Origin: Camelus ferus
Taxonomy: Eukaryota
Reading direction: 5' to 3'
Assembly (NCBI RefSeq): GCF_009834535.1
Contig: NC_045697.1
Span: 26,352,001 to 26,416,000 of the forward strand
Length of the DNA: 64,000 bases
Shown: piece by piece, positions 26,337 through 39,916 of the stretch
Layout: each line of letters begins with the position of its first letter
Numbering within the stretch: position 1 is the stretch's first letter
The notes under the pieces: model-generated
Told to the model about the DNA's origin: nothing
The model's database searches: none
What the model saw: the letters and a program-made list of their open reading frames with translations, nothing else
Made by a program: the position numbers and the translations under genes

Positions 26337-26799
26337 AAAACCATGAGCAGATGCCTGAAATCTGAACACAGATTGCTTTGGAGCCCAAGGTCCAACCCAG
26401 GGAAGCCTTCAACTGCAGGTGATGATGTCAAATTGGAGAAGTTCAGATCATGCTGGGACCAACTGTATTTCTATGGTTTACATCTCCAACAATGGAAGAA
26501 CTTAGACTACCCATCCATTCACTGTCACTCAAAGATGTTAACAACTATAGGCCTCTTCTTTTTTTGAAAATATTCAAGTCTACATCTTGCACTTTGGGTA
26601 TAAAAGAGAAAAATATCCAATCAGTGCTCCAGCCTTCCAGGATTCTATAAAATCTCCTCTCAATAACTCTCTTTATAGCACTGATATCATCTAGATAATT
26701 TTGGAGGGTTAAATGACAATATTTTTTACTTCTTTACTTTCTGCTCAATAACCTGTTTCAAAATTAGTATTCAATATCAGAGACAGCTAAGAAAAATTT

Positions 26800-27500
26800 T
26801 GCTGATGTTTCTCAGATGTGTATCTCTAGTGCTGACATTTATCCTAAACACAAGGGCTATATTTTCACCCATTTTCTAGAACTATCTATCTGGAAGAACC
26901 ATAAGAACAAGTGACTCAAATACCCTAAAACCAAACATATCATCTTGTGCTCCTATTCCCATTTGTCCTCAAAGCTCCCTCTGCTCCCATTTTGCCTATA
27001 TATGACCATTCTTGCCATTGGGGGCAAAATCTTGGAGTCTTACTGAAAAATCTTTGTACATGCCTGTATTATTTATTACCTCAATTATTTTAATTACCCC
27101 CCAAGTGGCCTCCTTTCGTTTGTCTCGGTCCCTTCTGTTTATCCTCCAAATTATAAGGCAGAATCACTTATCTTGAATGCAAATCAGAACATTTCTCTCT
27201 TCTGTTGGGAAAGTCTTCAGTGATCCATCATTGTTTTCAGAATGAAGTAAAATACAACAAGCAATTTCTTTTTCGGTCTTGTCCCTCTGGCGCCCGTACA
27301 TATCTTGCCACAAATATCAGTTTCTATTTCCTACATGCATTGTGTGATCTCACAGAGCTCTCACACGGCGTTTCATCGCCTAGTTAACCACTTCCCTCAA
27401 TCTCAGAAAATTCAGATCTTGAGGACTCAGGAATTATTTCATCACTACTCATTCCTGCCAGGCAAGCAGAATTATACGCATTTGTTCTTTAGCTCTTAAG
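26800..27500 (+). mobile_element. Highly decayed L2
   Basis: 'ctcaaataccctaaaaccaaacatatcatc', 'caaaatcttggagtc', 'tgcaaatcagaacatttctctcttctgtt'. Confidence 0.55.
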
Positions 27501-29489
27501 AAGATTTATTGTATAGTGTAGGCTATATTGCTTTTTAGTTACCTCTTGCTCTGTGCTTTTCTTAAAAACAAATAAATAGTGGCAGAAATTTATTACTGCA
27601 CAAAACTGAATCTGCAAAGGGCAGAAATTTTAACACCATTAAGCCTTGTGTTTGAATGTATATGCTCTCTCTCTTCTTCTCATCTTTTCCTGCTTCACAT
27701 CAGAATATTTATTTTGTCTACTGAATGACAGGCATCCGTATGTGGTGAGAAACATGGGAACATGGTCTCACTATATTAGACAGATATACTATCAGTACCC
27801 AAGATCCAAAAAACAAAGAGTTTTTTTTTTCTCTCAGTCTAATTAGAAAAAAAATTCAGATAAGACTCATATTGGTTTCCTTGTGGTGGATGCTCACCTC
27901 TGGACCTGTCACTGTGGCTAGAAGGACTGAGTACTAGGACTGATTGTTCCTGACACACATCCCTCCATGATGGGACCCAAGATTTAGGATACCTTCTGTG
28001 CCAATCCCAGGTAGAGAAACTCTGGCCCTCCTGGGTTGCCTACCACACTACCATGTGACTACTCTGGGCTCTTTCACCAGAAAGTGAATTGGGTTAGGAG
28101 AGTCTGAGATCAACAAAAAGAAGAGTTATAATTGCCTCCAAACTCTTACTTTCTAAACCAGCCTAATTCGGATTCAGAGAGTCAGAGTCATAGTCTAACA
28201 TACAACCTTAGTTATGCTAACCAGCCACTGCCTTCCTTAAATAAAATTCACATCCCTAGTAAGTCATCCAACCTTCCTCTGCAACAGGTTAAGTTGAAAC
28301 AGGTTATGATTATTGGTGACATTTTTTCCTTTGGAAGCTTGCATTCGATTAACCTAAACAAAATGGGGAAAGTGTTTGTTATTGAAGAAAGAGAATCCTC
28401 AAAGATGATACTGCTTCTAATGGGTGCCTTCTCACTGAGTTCAGTGAAATGTTATGAATCCACATTCCTTTCAATCCTGTGAAATTTTGAAAACTGTCTT
28501 TCCAGAAGGACAAAGGAATCTGTCGCACATCAGCAATATTTCTGTCTTTTGACAAACTGCTCTTTATGTTTCCTTTACTTTATGTAAGATCTTACCTATT
28601 CAAGTCTTTAGAAATGATGAAGGCATCAACTTGGTTAACACTTCTTATAATTGAAAGTGAGAGACACTTATTTTAATACAAGATACAATCTCATTGCCAA
28701 CAATTACGTTGTTTTATGTGTATCCAAGTGCCAGGGAAACAGTATGTATTTCCAATGGTAAAAAACAACTTGCCTCTAGTAATACCACTTATTAATAGAA
28801 TAATTGTAGGAAGAATGAATTAGAATTAGACAAAAAGGATTTGTAAAAAAGAATCAGCATGTAAAGGCTTTATCTAAAGATCTGAAAAGTTTACGCTAGA
28901 TGTGTAATTATTCATTGTTTAGCATTTCTTGAAAGGACCGTTGGAGCTGCCTAAAGGAAAGGGAACATTAAAATGGGGGTGAGTTCTCAATTGTAGGTAA
29001 TAGAGTTGTGTTTTTCTATTTAAAGGTATTAGGGTATCATCATATTAATGGACAGATTCAGAAAGGCAACAATGACTTGAAGGTTAAGTGTTCAGTCCTC
29101 AAAGTAAGACATATCTGGCTTTCAACTGAACAAATATGTAAGAATTAGACTCTGGAAAATAAGATTTCTTTGGAATTTTGAATCTGTCAGACCCCTGCAG
29201 TTTGACAGTGCTGATCACAAGCTACTGCCTGTTTGTATTCAGTATGGGTTGCAGCAGAAACAGGCCATGGACATAAGACTCCACAAGTCTGAGAAGCAGG
29301 GGTCTTGAATGTGAAGTCCCTGTAGCTTGACCTTAACTTCTTTAGGCACCTGTGCCACAGGCATAGTAGCTACAAGGATTATTAGCAAAGAAAATCTTTT
29401 AATCCCAGGGAAAGCTCACTTTGTATAAAGTAGAGTTTCAGTTATTGCTCCTATTGGACTTTTCAGCCAAGTATGCATGTCAGTAGACT

Positions 29490-29527
29490 GGGGCTTTGAA
29501 CAGCAAAGGGGCTTTGAACAGCAAAGG
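29490..29527 (+). repeat. Perfect 18-bp tandem duplication (gggctttgaacagcaaag)x2
   Basis: Directly visible at 29491-29508 and 29509-29526. Confidence 0.95.
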
Positions 29528-29914
29528 TGCCTGAAGTCTATAGGTGCTATAGAACATTAGAGATTGAGGCTTAAATTGTTATTATCAGATAGAGGTGAGC
29601 AATGCTGGACAAGCTGCTCTAAATCTTGCTCTTCTTTCATGTTGTTTTTAATTACCTCCAGGGCCAAGGAAAAGAACTGTAGTCTCTCCACACATTCCAA
29701 AGGGCAATACTGAACCAGACAGCCTCAAATGTGTTAATTATACCCATAAGTTACTATGCTTTTAGATTTAAGAGACTGAAAATTAAGGCTTGTATCCACA
29801 TGAGTGGTAATTTCTATTAATAAATAAATAACAAAAATGGATGTCCTTATTAATAAGAAAATATATCACCTACTTGAAATGAAGCAGAGAAATAATTCAG
29901 TAACAATGTTACAA

Positions 29915-32900
29915 GGGAGTGACATACCAAGATGGTGAATATGAAATCCTAGACTCTCCTTCCCCTCCTATGACATGGATTGAACAACAATGTATATATC
30001 AACTCTCTTTGTGAGAAATCAAGAACTAGTTAAGAGGGTCCTCCACCCCAGGTAAGTGAATAACTAGCAACTTTAAAACTAGCAGGGGAAGCAGAGACAT
30101 CCTCTTACCAAAATACTCACCCCCAGAACAGTGCCCTATAATTAGGATGGAGCTTCCAGCTCCCAACTTCTCCTTGAGGAGTGAGTGAGGTGGTCTGCAC
30201 ATCCAACATCCCCACTTCTCTGGGTTTCTACATGAGGGACTCACTTTTCTCTCTCTTCTTTGAGAGCTGATGGAGTATTATGCTAGTCCCTCAGGGGCTA
30301 CAGAGAACAAAACAACAGTCAGGACTAGCATGCAGGCATTGATCACAGCTCTTCTCTCTGGCTCAGCGCAGAATGAGTGATGATACACCCAAGCTCTCAG
30401 CTTCCCCAAGGAGTAAAAGCACTGGACTGTGCATATAATTTCCAACACTTCCAGGTGCTCCCAGAGAAACTGACTTCTATCTCACATGTTTCAGAGGTCA
30501 GACAGGGCCTAGCATATACCAGTCCCCTGGAGGGTACAGAGAGAAAAACTATGGTTTGAACTAGTGGGTGAGCACTTACCTCAGCTCCCTTCCTTGGCTT
30601 AGCATAGAGTGAGTGGGTAATACAACCCAGCTCCCAGTGTCGCCTTGAGGAGGGAAGAATTGGACTGCACACCCAGGATTTCAACTTCTCTGGAGCCATC
30701 CAAAAGACTGGCTTCTCTCTTGTCTGTCAGAGTGCTGATGGGGCCTAGCATACTCTAGACACCTGGGTGCAGCAAGGAACAAAGACGACAGTACAGACTA
30801 GTATTAACTTTAGAGAGGCCCACAAAAGGTCAGGCCAGGTTGAAGGTGAAAGATTTTTCCTGTACAAGACCAATCTGAGAATATTGGGAGAGATGGCAGT
30901 TTTTGTTTTTGTTTTTGTTTGCATAAATACTAACCCAGAATCAAATAAAATTAACAAACAGAAGAAATTGATCCCAAGGAAGAAACCAGATATAACTCCA
31001 AAAGTCTACTTTAATGAAATAGAGTTATAGAATTTGCCTGACAAAGAATTCAAGCATGATAAAAATGTTCAATGAACAAAGGGAGAATTTCCAAAAAATA
31101 ATAGAAAATTTTGAAGAGTGAAATAGAAATACTAGAGCTGAAGAATACAGTAAGTGAACTTAAAAATTCAATAGAAGGGTTTAATAGATTAGAAGACAAA
31201 GAAGAGAAAACCAGCAAACTTGAAGACAGGTCATTTAAAAGAGGAACATAAAGAGAAAAACTGAAGAAAGCTTAAGAGACTTATGGGACAACATCAAGTA
31301 GGTGATATGCATTATGAAAATCTCAGAAAAAGAGGAGAGAGAAAGAGGATTACAAAGATTATTCAAAGAAATAATGGCTGAAAACTTACCAAATCTAAAA
31401 AAGAAAATGGACATCAGATCTAGAAAGCTCAAAGGATTCCAAAAAAGTTGAATTCAAAGAAATTTACACCAGTGGGGAGGGTACAGCCTAAGTGGCAGAG
31501 CACATGCTTAGCATGCACGAGGTCCTGGGTTCAATTCTTAGCACCCCCTCTAAAAATAAATAAGCCTAATTACCTCTCCTCCCTACCAAAATAAAATAAT
31601 TAAATAATACATTAAAAAATAATTTAAAAAATAAACAAAGAAATTTACACCAACTTACTTTATAATTAAATTGTCAAAATTCAGAGAATTTTGGAAAGTA
31701 GCAAGAAAAAAGTGACTTGTTGCATACATAGGAACTGTATAAGACCGTCAGCAAAATTTTCTGCAGAAATTTTCCAGGGCAGAAGGGAGTGGAATGATAT
31801 ATATGATACTCTGAAGGGAAAAAAAAACCTGCCAACAAAGAATACTATACCTTGTAAAACTGACCTTCAAAAATTAAGGACAAATAAGACTGTCTCAGAC
31901 AAACAAAAGCTGAAGGACCTGCACCAGACTTGCTTTATGAGAAATGATTAAGGGAGTTTTTCAACTTGAAATGAAAGACACTAAACAGCAACACAATAAC
32001 ATATACAGTATAGAATTCTTTGGTAAAAGTAAATATATTGACAAATACAGAACAATGTACTAGTGTAATAATGGTGGGTAAATCACTTTAAATACTAGTA
32101 TAAAAGTTTTTAAAGGTATTAAAATAACTATAACTAAAATACATTAAAGTATACATAATATGTATAGGTATAAACTGTGATATCAATAACAAAGTGTTGG
32201 AAAGGAGTAAAAGTGTAGAGTTTCTTATGCAATAGAAGTTAAGTTGCTATCAGCTTAAAACAGACTGTTATAATTATGGTATTTTATATACACCCCATGG
32301 TAACTGCAAAGAAAATACTATAGCTGTTATGCAAAAGAAAAATTAAAAGGAATCATAGCATATCAGCACAAACAAATAAACAAAAAACCCAAACAAAACA
32401 AAAAGGAAGACAGCAAAAGAAGGAAAAGGAATTAACAAAATGTCTATAGTAAATCCTTTTCTATCAATAATTACATAAAATAAAAAATGAATTAAATAAA
32501 TTAAATTAATTCCTAATTAAAAGACAGAATAGCTGAATAGATAAAAAACAAATTCCAACTGTATGCTGTATATAAAAGGCTCACTTCAGATTTAAGGACA
32601 CACATGGGCTGAAAGAAAAAAGGATAGGAAAAGATATTCCATGCAAATGGTAACCAAAAAAAAAGCAGAGGTGGTTATATCTATAGCAGACAAAATAGAC
32701 TTTAAGTCAAAAACTGTCACAAAACACAAAGAAGAACATTAAATAATGATAAAAGGGTCGATTCACCAAGAAGATATATTAATTCTTAATATAGATATAC
32801 CCACCATCAGTGCTCCTAAATATGTAAAGTATTAACAGTATTGAAGGGAGAAATAATAATACAATAATAATGAGAGACTTTAATATCCCAATCTCAACAA

Positions 32901-35900
32901 TGAATAGAACAACTAGACAGAAAATCAACAAACAGTGGACTTGGACAATATTATAGATGAATCTAACAGACATATATAGAATATTCAAACAAACAGCAGT
33001 AAAAAATGTACTCTTCTCAAGCACACAAAAAATTCTCCAAGATAAATCACATGTTGGTTCATAAAACAAGTTTTAACAATTTTAAGATTGAAATCATACC
33101 AAGGGTCTACTCAAATCACAATGGACTGAAAGTAGAAAACAACAGCAGAGGGAAAACTGAAAAATTCACCAATACATGGAAATTAAGCAACACACTTTGA
33201 ACAACCAGTGGATCAAAGAAAGAAATAAAATGAGAAATTTAAAAATATCTAGGGACAATAGAAAATACAACATACCAAAATGTATGAATTTCAGGAAAAG
33301 CAGTATAAAGAGGGAAGTTAATCATGATAAATGTTTACATTGAAAAACAAGAAAGATCTCAAATAAACAGCTTAACTTTATGTTTCAAAGAACTAGAAAA
33401 AACAAGTTAAATCAAATTTAAAAGTTAGCCAGAAGGAAGTAATAAAGAACAGAGCAAAAATAAATGAAAAAAAAAAAAAGAACAGAAAAAAGTCAATGAA
33501 ACTGAGTTATTTTTTGAAAAGATAAACAAAATTAATATATTTAGCTAGAAAAATTAAGAAAAGAGAGAAGATTCAAAGTAATAAAAACAAAAATGAAAGA
33601 TGTTATAACTAATGCCACAGAAATAAAAAGATTCATAAGAAATTACTATGAATAATTGCATGTCAAAAAATTGGGTAACTTAGAAAAAGTAAATGAATTC
33701 CTAGAAATGTTCAGCCTACCAAGACTGAATCATAAAGAAACAGAAATTCTGAAAAGCCCTATAACTAACAGGGAGATTGAGTTAGTAATCAAAAACCTCC
33801 CAACAAAGAAAAGTCCAGAACCAGATGACTTCATTGGTAAATTCTACCAAACATTTACAGAGGAGTGCCAATCCTTCTCAAACTCTTAAAAAATTTCAGT
33901 CTCTTCTTATGAGGCCAGCATTACCTTGATACCAAAGCCAGACAAGACACGACAAGAAAAGAAAACTACAGGCCAACTTCCATGAAAAATATAGATGCAA
34001 AAATTCTCAACAAAATACCAACAAATTGGGATACAAGGATGATTTAACATATGAAAGTCAATTAGTGTGATACACCATATTAACAGAATGAAGACTAAGA
34101 ATCACATGATCATCTCAATGGATGCAGAAAAAGCATTTATTAAAATACATATTCTTTTATGATTAAAAAATCTCTCAACAAACTAGGAATAGAAGAAAAT
34201 TAACTTAAAATAATAAAAGCCACATACAAAAAGTACACAACCAACATCAAACTCAAGAGGAAAAAAACTGAAATCTTTTCCATGAAGATCAGGAACAAGA
34301 CAAGAATGCTCACTCTCACCACTTCTATTCAGCATATTAACTAGTCAGGGCAATTTGGCAAGAGAAATAAATGAAAAGCATCCAAATCAGAAAGAAAGAA
34401 ATATAACCGTTCCTGTTTGCAGATGACATGATATTAAATATAAAAAACTCTATTCCAACCAAAAAAAAGTTAGAATTGATGAATTCAGTAAAGGTACAGG
34501 ATACAAAGTCAACATAAAAAAACTTCATTGTATTTCTATATGCTAATTATGAACTGTCTGAAAAAGAAAATGGGGAAACAATCCCTCTTATAATAGTATC
34601 TAAAAGAATAAAATACCTAAAATAAACTTAACTAAGGAAGTGAAGGACTTCGATTTCAGTTCAGGACTGAAAACTGCAAAACATTTATAAAAGGAAGTAA
34701 AGAATACAAACAAATGAATAGATAACCTGAGTTTATGGATTAGAAGACTTAATATTGTTAAAATATCCATACCATCCAAACCAATCTACAGATTCCATGC
34801 CATCACTACAAAAATTCAAAACGTGTTTTTTATAGAAATAGAAAAAAATCCTCAAATTAAAAAAAAAAACACAAAAGATTCCAAATATCCAGAATAGTCT
34901 TGAAAAAGAACAAAGCTGGCTTATCACCCTTCCTGATTTCAATATATTTACAAAGTTACCATAATTAAAATAGCATTGTACTTGTACAAAGACAGACATC
35001 TAGACTATTCAAACAAAATAGAGAGCTCTAAAATAAATCCATGCATACATATATGGTCAACTGATCTTTGACAAGGGTGCCATGAATAAACAGTAGGGAA
35101 AGGACAGTCTTTCAACAATGGAAAAATTGGATATCCACATGCAAAGGAATGAATTTGGATGTCATACACAAAAATCAATTCAAAATGGATTAAAGGCAAA
35201 CATTTTTCATGACATTGGTCTTGGCCATGATTTCATGCTTATGGCACCAAAACCACAGGCAACGGAAGCAAAAATACATAAGCTGGATTACATTAAACTA
35301 AGATGCTTCTACACAGCAAAGGATATAATCAATAAAGTGAAAAGGCAACCTATGGAATGGAAATAAAAACCAAACATATATATAATTAGGTTAATATTCA
35401 TAATATATAAAGAACACCTACCACTCAAAAGTATGAAAAAAAAACCAAATAATCCAATTGAAAAATGGGCCAAGAACTCAAACAGACATTTCTCCAAAGA
35501 AGATATACATAAAAAGATGCTCAAAGTCACTATTCACCAGAGAAATGGAAATCAAAATCACAATGAGTTATCACCTCATAATTTTTAGCATGGCTTTTAT
35601 CAATAAAAACAAAGGACAACAAACATTGATGAGGACGTGGAAAAATTGGAACCCTTGTACACTGTTGGTGAGAATGCAAAATTGTGCAGCTGCTATTGAA
35701 AATAGCAAGAAATTTCCTCAAGAAATTAAAAAGAGAACTACCATATGAGCAATCCAACTTCAGGTTATTTATCTAAAAAAATGAAATCAGAATTTTGAAG
35801 ATATATTAGCACCCCTATGTTCACTGCAGCAGTGCTCACAATAGCCAAAATGTTGAAATAACCTAAATATCCCTTGAAGGAGAATAGATTTTTTTAAATG

Positions 35901-36300
35901 TGATATGTACATAAAATGGAGTATTATTCAGCTTTAAAAATGGCAAATCCAGCAATACACAACAGCCTGTATAAACCTGGAGATCATAATGTCAAGTGAA
36001 ATAAGCCAGTCACAAAGGACAAATATTGCTTGTTTCCATTTATGAGTTATGTAAATAGTCAAATTCATAAAAGAAATAATAGGACTGTGTTTGCTAGGAG
36101 AAAAATAGGAGTTTGCTAATCACCAAGTATAAAATTTCAGTTATGCAAGTTGAATAATTTCTAGAGAGCTGATGTATAACATTGTGCCTAAAGATAACAA
36201 TGCTGTATTATATAATTAAAAAATCTGTTAAGTGGGTATAGATCTCATGTTGAGTGTTCTTAACCACAATATATTCTTTTTAAAAAGCCAAATAAAAATT
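29915..36300 (+). mobile_element. Full-length inactive L1 (old L1M, L1MA/MB-like 3' end): 5'UTR, ORF1 (~30950-31950), spacer, ORF2 (~32440-35990), 3'UTR
   Basis: 5' 'gggagtgacataccaagatggtg' (decayed YY1 site); ORF1 peptide IRPSAKFSAEIFQGRREWNDI; EN peptide AHKKFSKINHMLVHKTS...YSNHNG; LPTKKSPEPDDFIGKFYQTF; RT LFADDMI at 34413-34433; degenerate TSD acaatgttacaa/aaaatgttgcaa (29903-29914/36301-36312); many stops and frameshifts. Confidence 0.95.
31472..31635 (+). mobile_element. tRNA-Ala(AGC)-derived SINE, camelid Vic-1-like, inserted in L1 ORF1
   Basis: Head ggggagggtacagcctaagtggcagagcacatgcttagcatgcacgaggtcctgggttcaa (A/B boxes, AGC anticodon loop), AT-rich tail, perfect 17-bp TSD caaagaaatttacacca (31455-31471/31636-31652). 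Confidence 0.92.
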
Positions 36301-36814
36301 AAAATGTTGCAAATGCAAAAGTTAAGATGACAATTTAAAAGGTCTGTTGTCTCTAGGAATCAGATCTGCACAGAGAATAGAGAAGGAGCTGGAGTGTTTG
36401 GGAAAACATGTTTCATAACTACCATTAAGCCAGGAGCAACAGAAGAACGCGAGTACAATGAAGATAGGCTGATTAAGCTGGAAGAGGAGAGATTTCTTTA
36501 GGAAAAATGTTGACTATAGACAATAGACAAGAGTAAGGTGAAGTGGAAAATGAGAACTTGAACATCTATATACACAGAAAACAAAAAATAAGTTGTGCCA
36601 GATTTATCTATTTTGAATTGACTTAGGTCTGCCTGGATGAAAAGAGTATTGTAATTTATTGCATAGCCCTGTCCTCTCACATCTAAACATTTGTTCTAGC
36701 CTACAAGTTATTTTTACAAATGTAGACACCCTCTTATTTCCAACACAAAATCCTGAGCATCAAATTCAAAGCCTCTTCAGTCTGGATCTAGCCTGTCCTC
36801 CTAATCACAGCTCC

Positions 36815-37950
36815 TCATTTGTTTGTACATTCATTTATTCAATGGCATTTACTTGGAATTTACCAGTTGCCAGGTACTTTGCTAGTACATGGAAGACAGT
36901 GCTAAAAAGACATTCGCAGTCTCCTGCAACATAGATTTACTATCTTGATGGAAAGAAAAATATTGTAGACAATTTCCAAAGTCAGTTTTCAGTTGGAATT
37001 TTATTAAGAGTAAAGAAGACAAACAACTGATCCAAGGTCATATAATAAAGGGACTTAACCAAGTCTTCCCTGTCAGATAAGTGTGCCCTGAGGAAATGGG
37101 GGTTAGCCTTAGCTCTAATTTTGAGTGGGTATTAGCTGGAAGATAGAGAGATAGAAGCTTTGGAGGTAGAGAGAGAGAGCTCATTCCAAGCAGAAGGGAA
37201 AAGCACATGAGAAGGTCCTAAGGTAGTCAGAAGCAGATGTAGTCCACTTGAGGACATAAAATGTGCTTAATGTTGTACAGTTAGAGCTCAGAATTCTCAA
37301 GATTAGCAAATGAGGACTAACGTGACCAAGAAGTAGCTGGGTCATTACAGCTGCGTTGACCCAGGTGAAAAGAAGAAATAAGTTATGAGACTACAAGGGT
37401 GCTGTACCAGAGGAAGTCAATACACGAAGTGGTTGAAAGCAGGTTACTAGGGCTCCTAATGTAAGTGGAAATAAGAGATGAGGTTGGAAGTTTGCACGAA
37501 GGTGTGGGGGCATTATAAGGCTTGTCTTCACCGAGAACAACTGGACACCACTGAAGTTTTCAAAGGTGAGGAAAGACAGGGTCACACTTGTATTTTAATT
37601 TATCTTATTTTATTTTTATTGAAGTATAGTTGAAATATATTAGTTTCAGGTGTGCAACATGGTGATTTGATATTTTTATACATTACAAAATGATCACTAC
37701 TATGAGCCATTACCATCTGTCACCTACCAAGCTATTACACTCTTATTGACTATATTCCCTATGCTGTACATTACATCCCCCAACCACTTTATAACAGGAA
37801 GTTTGGACCTCTTAATCCCCTTCACTTATTCTGTCCACCACCACCCCCACCTCCCTCTCCTCTGGAATACTTACATTTTTAAAAAGGTCAGCATGGCTAC
37901 AAACTGAAGAATGGTGGTCAGAGATATGTAGGGACAAAGAAAGCAGGTGG
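36815..37950 (-). mobile_element. L2 3' portion, interrupted by an L1 fragment
   Basis: 'cattcatttattcaatggcatttact...tgccaggtactttgctag'; resumes 'ttttaaaaaggtcagcatggct' after 37870. Confidence 0.7.
37597..37867 (-). mobile_element. 5'-truncated L1 3' end
   Basis: T-rich tail then 'ttattgaagtatagttga...ttagtttcaggtgtgcaacatggtgattt...actatattccctatgctgtacattacatccc'; degenerate TSD cacttgtatttt/tacttacatttt. Confidence 0.85.
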
Positions 37951-39414
37951 AGACTGATGCTCTCACTCACAATTCCCTAAATGTGCCTTAAGACTTCTCA
38001 CCCCTGCATCACTGCTGACTCGTTTTTCCTTTTGAAATATGTTGCCTCTGTCAACCCCTTTCCCTATCTCAACATATCAAAATTCCATATGTCCTTCATT
38101 GCGCTACCAAAATTCTGCTCCTTCATAAGTCTAACTGTCAATCAGTATGGTTCTGAAAGATCATCTTATTCTCTAGGAATTAATTCCTCTTACTTTCAGT
38201 TGATCCATTTATACTTAGAACATTTTTGTACCACTTTGTCATACTTCAGACAGTTTATCTTTATTCTGTATTGGCTGCAAGGATTTTTCTAGTCCTCATT
38301 TTTTTGAGGACATATATCTTATCGCTCTGTATCCTTCTAGCATCTAGGATAGTGCTTACAAACAACAGATGGTAATTTAAAAAAATTTTAACTATCTATA
38401 ACATGAAGATTCTCAATGCATGATTTGAAGGATGTTGGGGCACTTAACAGAGATATCCAAAATGGGAAGTTCAGCAAAGAACCTGACTGTTTTCTGCATA
38501 GATTATTTCATTACTCCCTTGCTGGGCTGCCAATAACACCTGATCCACATGTTAAAACCTGGTTTTTAGAGATTTCTTCAATTAGTATTGTCCTTTCTGA
38601 TTGAGAAATAAGTGCAATCTTTTCAATGTTTTATTTCCAGAGTTAATATGTTTGTATGGTTGATGGATGTCATTAATAAAATCCATTAGGAAAGAAAGAA
38701 TATAAATAATTGCTTTGTGAAATGGAAAATGCTAATTGCTAGAGAGAGTCCAGGAGAATCGTTTTGCTTGGATAGGCGGCACCAAACTCTGTAATTGCTT
38801 AGTGCTCTCCCTTTGTGTTTTCATAGGAGCAACAACCAGTGATTTCTTGTTAGTCTATAGTTTTATTTGTACCGTACACCTGCTGCTTCTAAATGTAATA
38901 ATTAACTTGTGCAATTTATAATTCTATACCTTCTTTAAAATCATCATAATTCTGCTTAGTTAAAAAGATAGTTTCCACAGTATGTGTTTTGGGTTGTACT
39001 GGGATAAATCATTTAACTATCACATACAAAAAAAAAATCTTACTTCCCTTAACTACTTCTCTGAAGGGCAGCCTCCTTAGGTACTTGTGTTGTTCTCTCC
39101 AAACTATTTTATCTGACACCAAACATAGGCTTCACATTTCCAAGTAAAGTACAACATCTCTCAAGGTTTGTTGTCATGTTTCCAATCCTGTGGGTGTCTC
39201 CCAGGCAACAGAATTTTAGGGGGACTAAACATAGTATATGAAAAACAGATGGAAATTGAGATGTTGATCAAGTGAACAGTGGAAACTAGAAAAATGACAG
39301 ACCTTATATAGATGTTTATAACCTAATGATACTGCAAGGAGCAAGTAGTGAAAATTGACTGCTGATATACCAGCCTATAATAGACAGAGCTGGAGGTAGG
39401 CTGTCTTGACCAAT

Positions 39415-39916
39415 ATGGAAGGCAGGATAATTTCTGCAACTCCCCAAATATGGCCACATCCTAATTCCCAGAATCTAAGAATAGGTTAGGTGACATGAGA
39501 AAGAGGAATTAAGGTTGCTAATCAGTTGACTTTATAATAAGAAGGTTATCCTGTATTATCTAGGTGGGCCCAATGTAATCACATGTCCTTAAAACAAAAA
39601 GTAGGAAAAGGAGGCAGAAGAGTCAGAGAGAGCTGTGACTACAACCAGACAGAGAGAAAAGCAACACTGTTGGCTTTGAAGATGGGGGACAGGATCCAAG
39701 TGTTAAGGCAGGCTGGCGGCCTCTTAAAAAGAAGTAAGGAAATGAATTCTCCCCTGGAATCTCCAGAAAGAAATGCAGCCTTGCCAGTGCCTTAATTTTA
39801 GTCCACTGGGGCCCAATTTGGGTTTCTGACATCCAGCAATGTACAGTAACAAATTCATGTTGTTTCAAGTCACAAAATTTGTGGTAGTTGGTTACAGCCA
39901 TGATAGGGAAATAATA
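39415..39916 (+). mobile_element. MLT1D-like MaLR solo LTR
   Basis: 'ggaattaaggttgctaatcagttgac', 'gtgggcccaatgtaatcac', 'ttgtggtagttggttacagc'. Confidence 0.92.

Noticed and set aside
26186..26431. Cys/Val-rich ORFs resembling a metal-binding or membrane peptide
   Set aside because: Translation artefact of a (TG)n-like tract.
31474..31548. tRNA-Ala(AGC) gene
   Set aside because: Stems are degenerate, and it is followed by a SINE body and A-rich tail and flanked by a 17-bp TSD, so it is a SINE.
30950..35990. Active L1 ORF1/ORF2
   Set aside because: Many stops, frameshifts and deletions plus a SINE insertion; only fragments under 100 aa remain.
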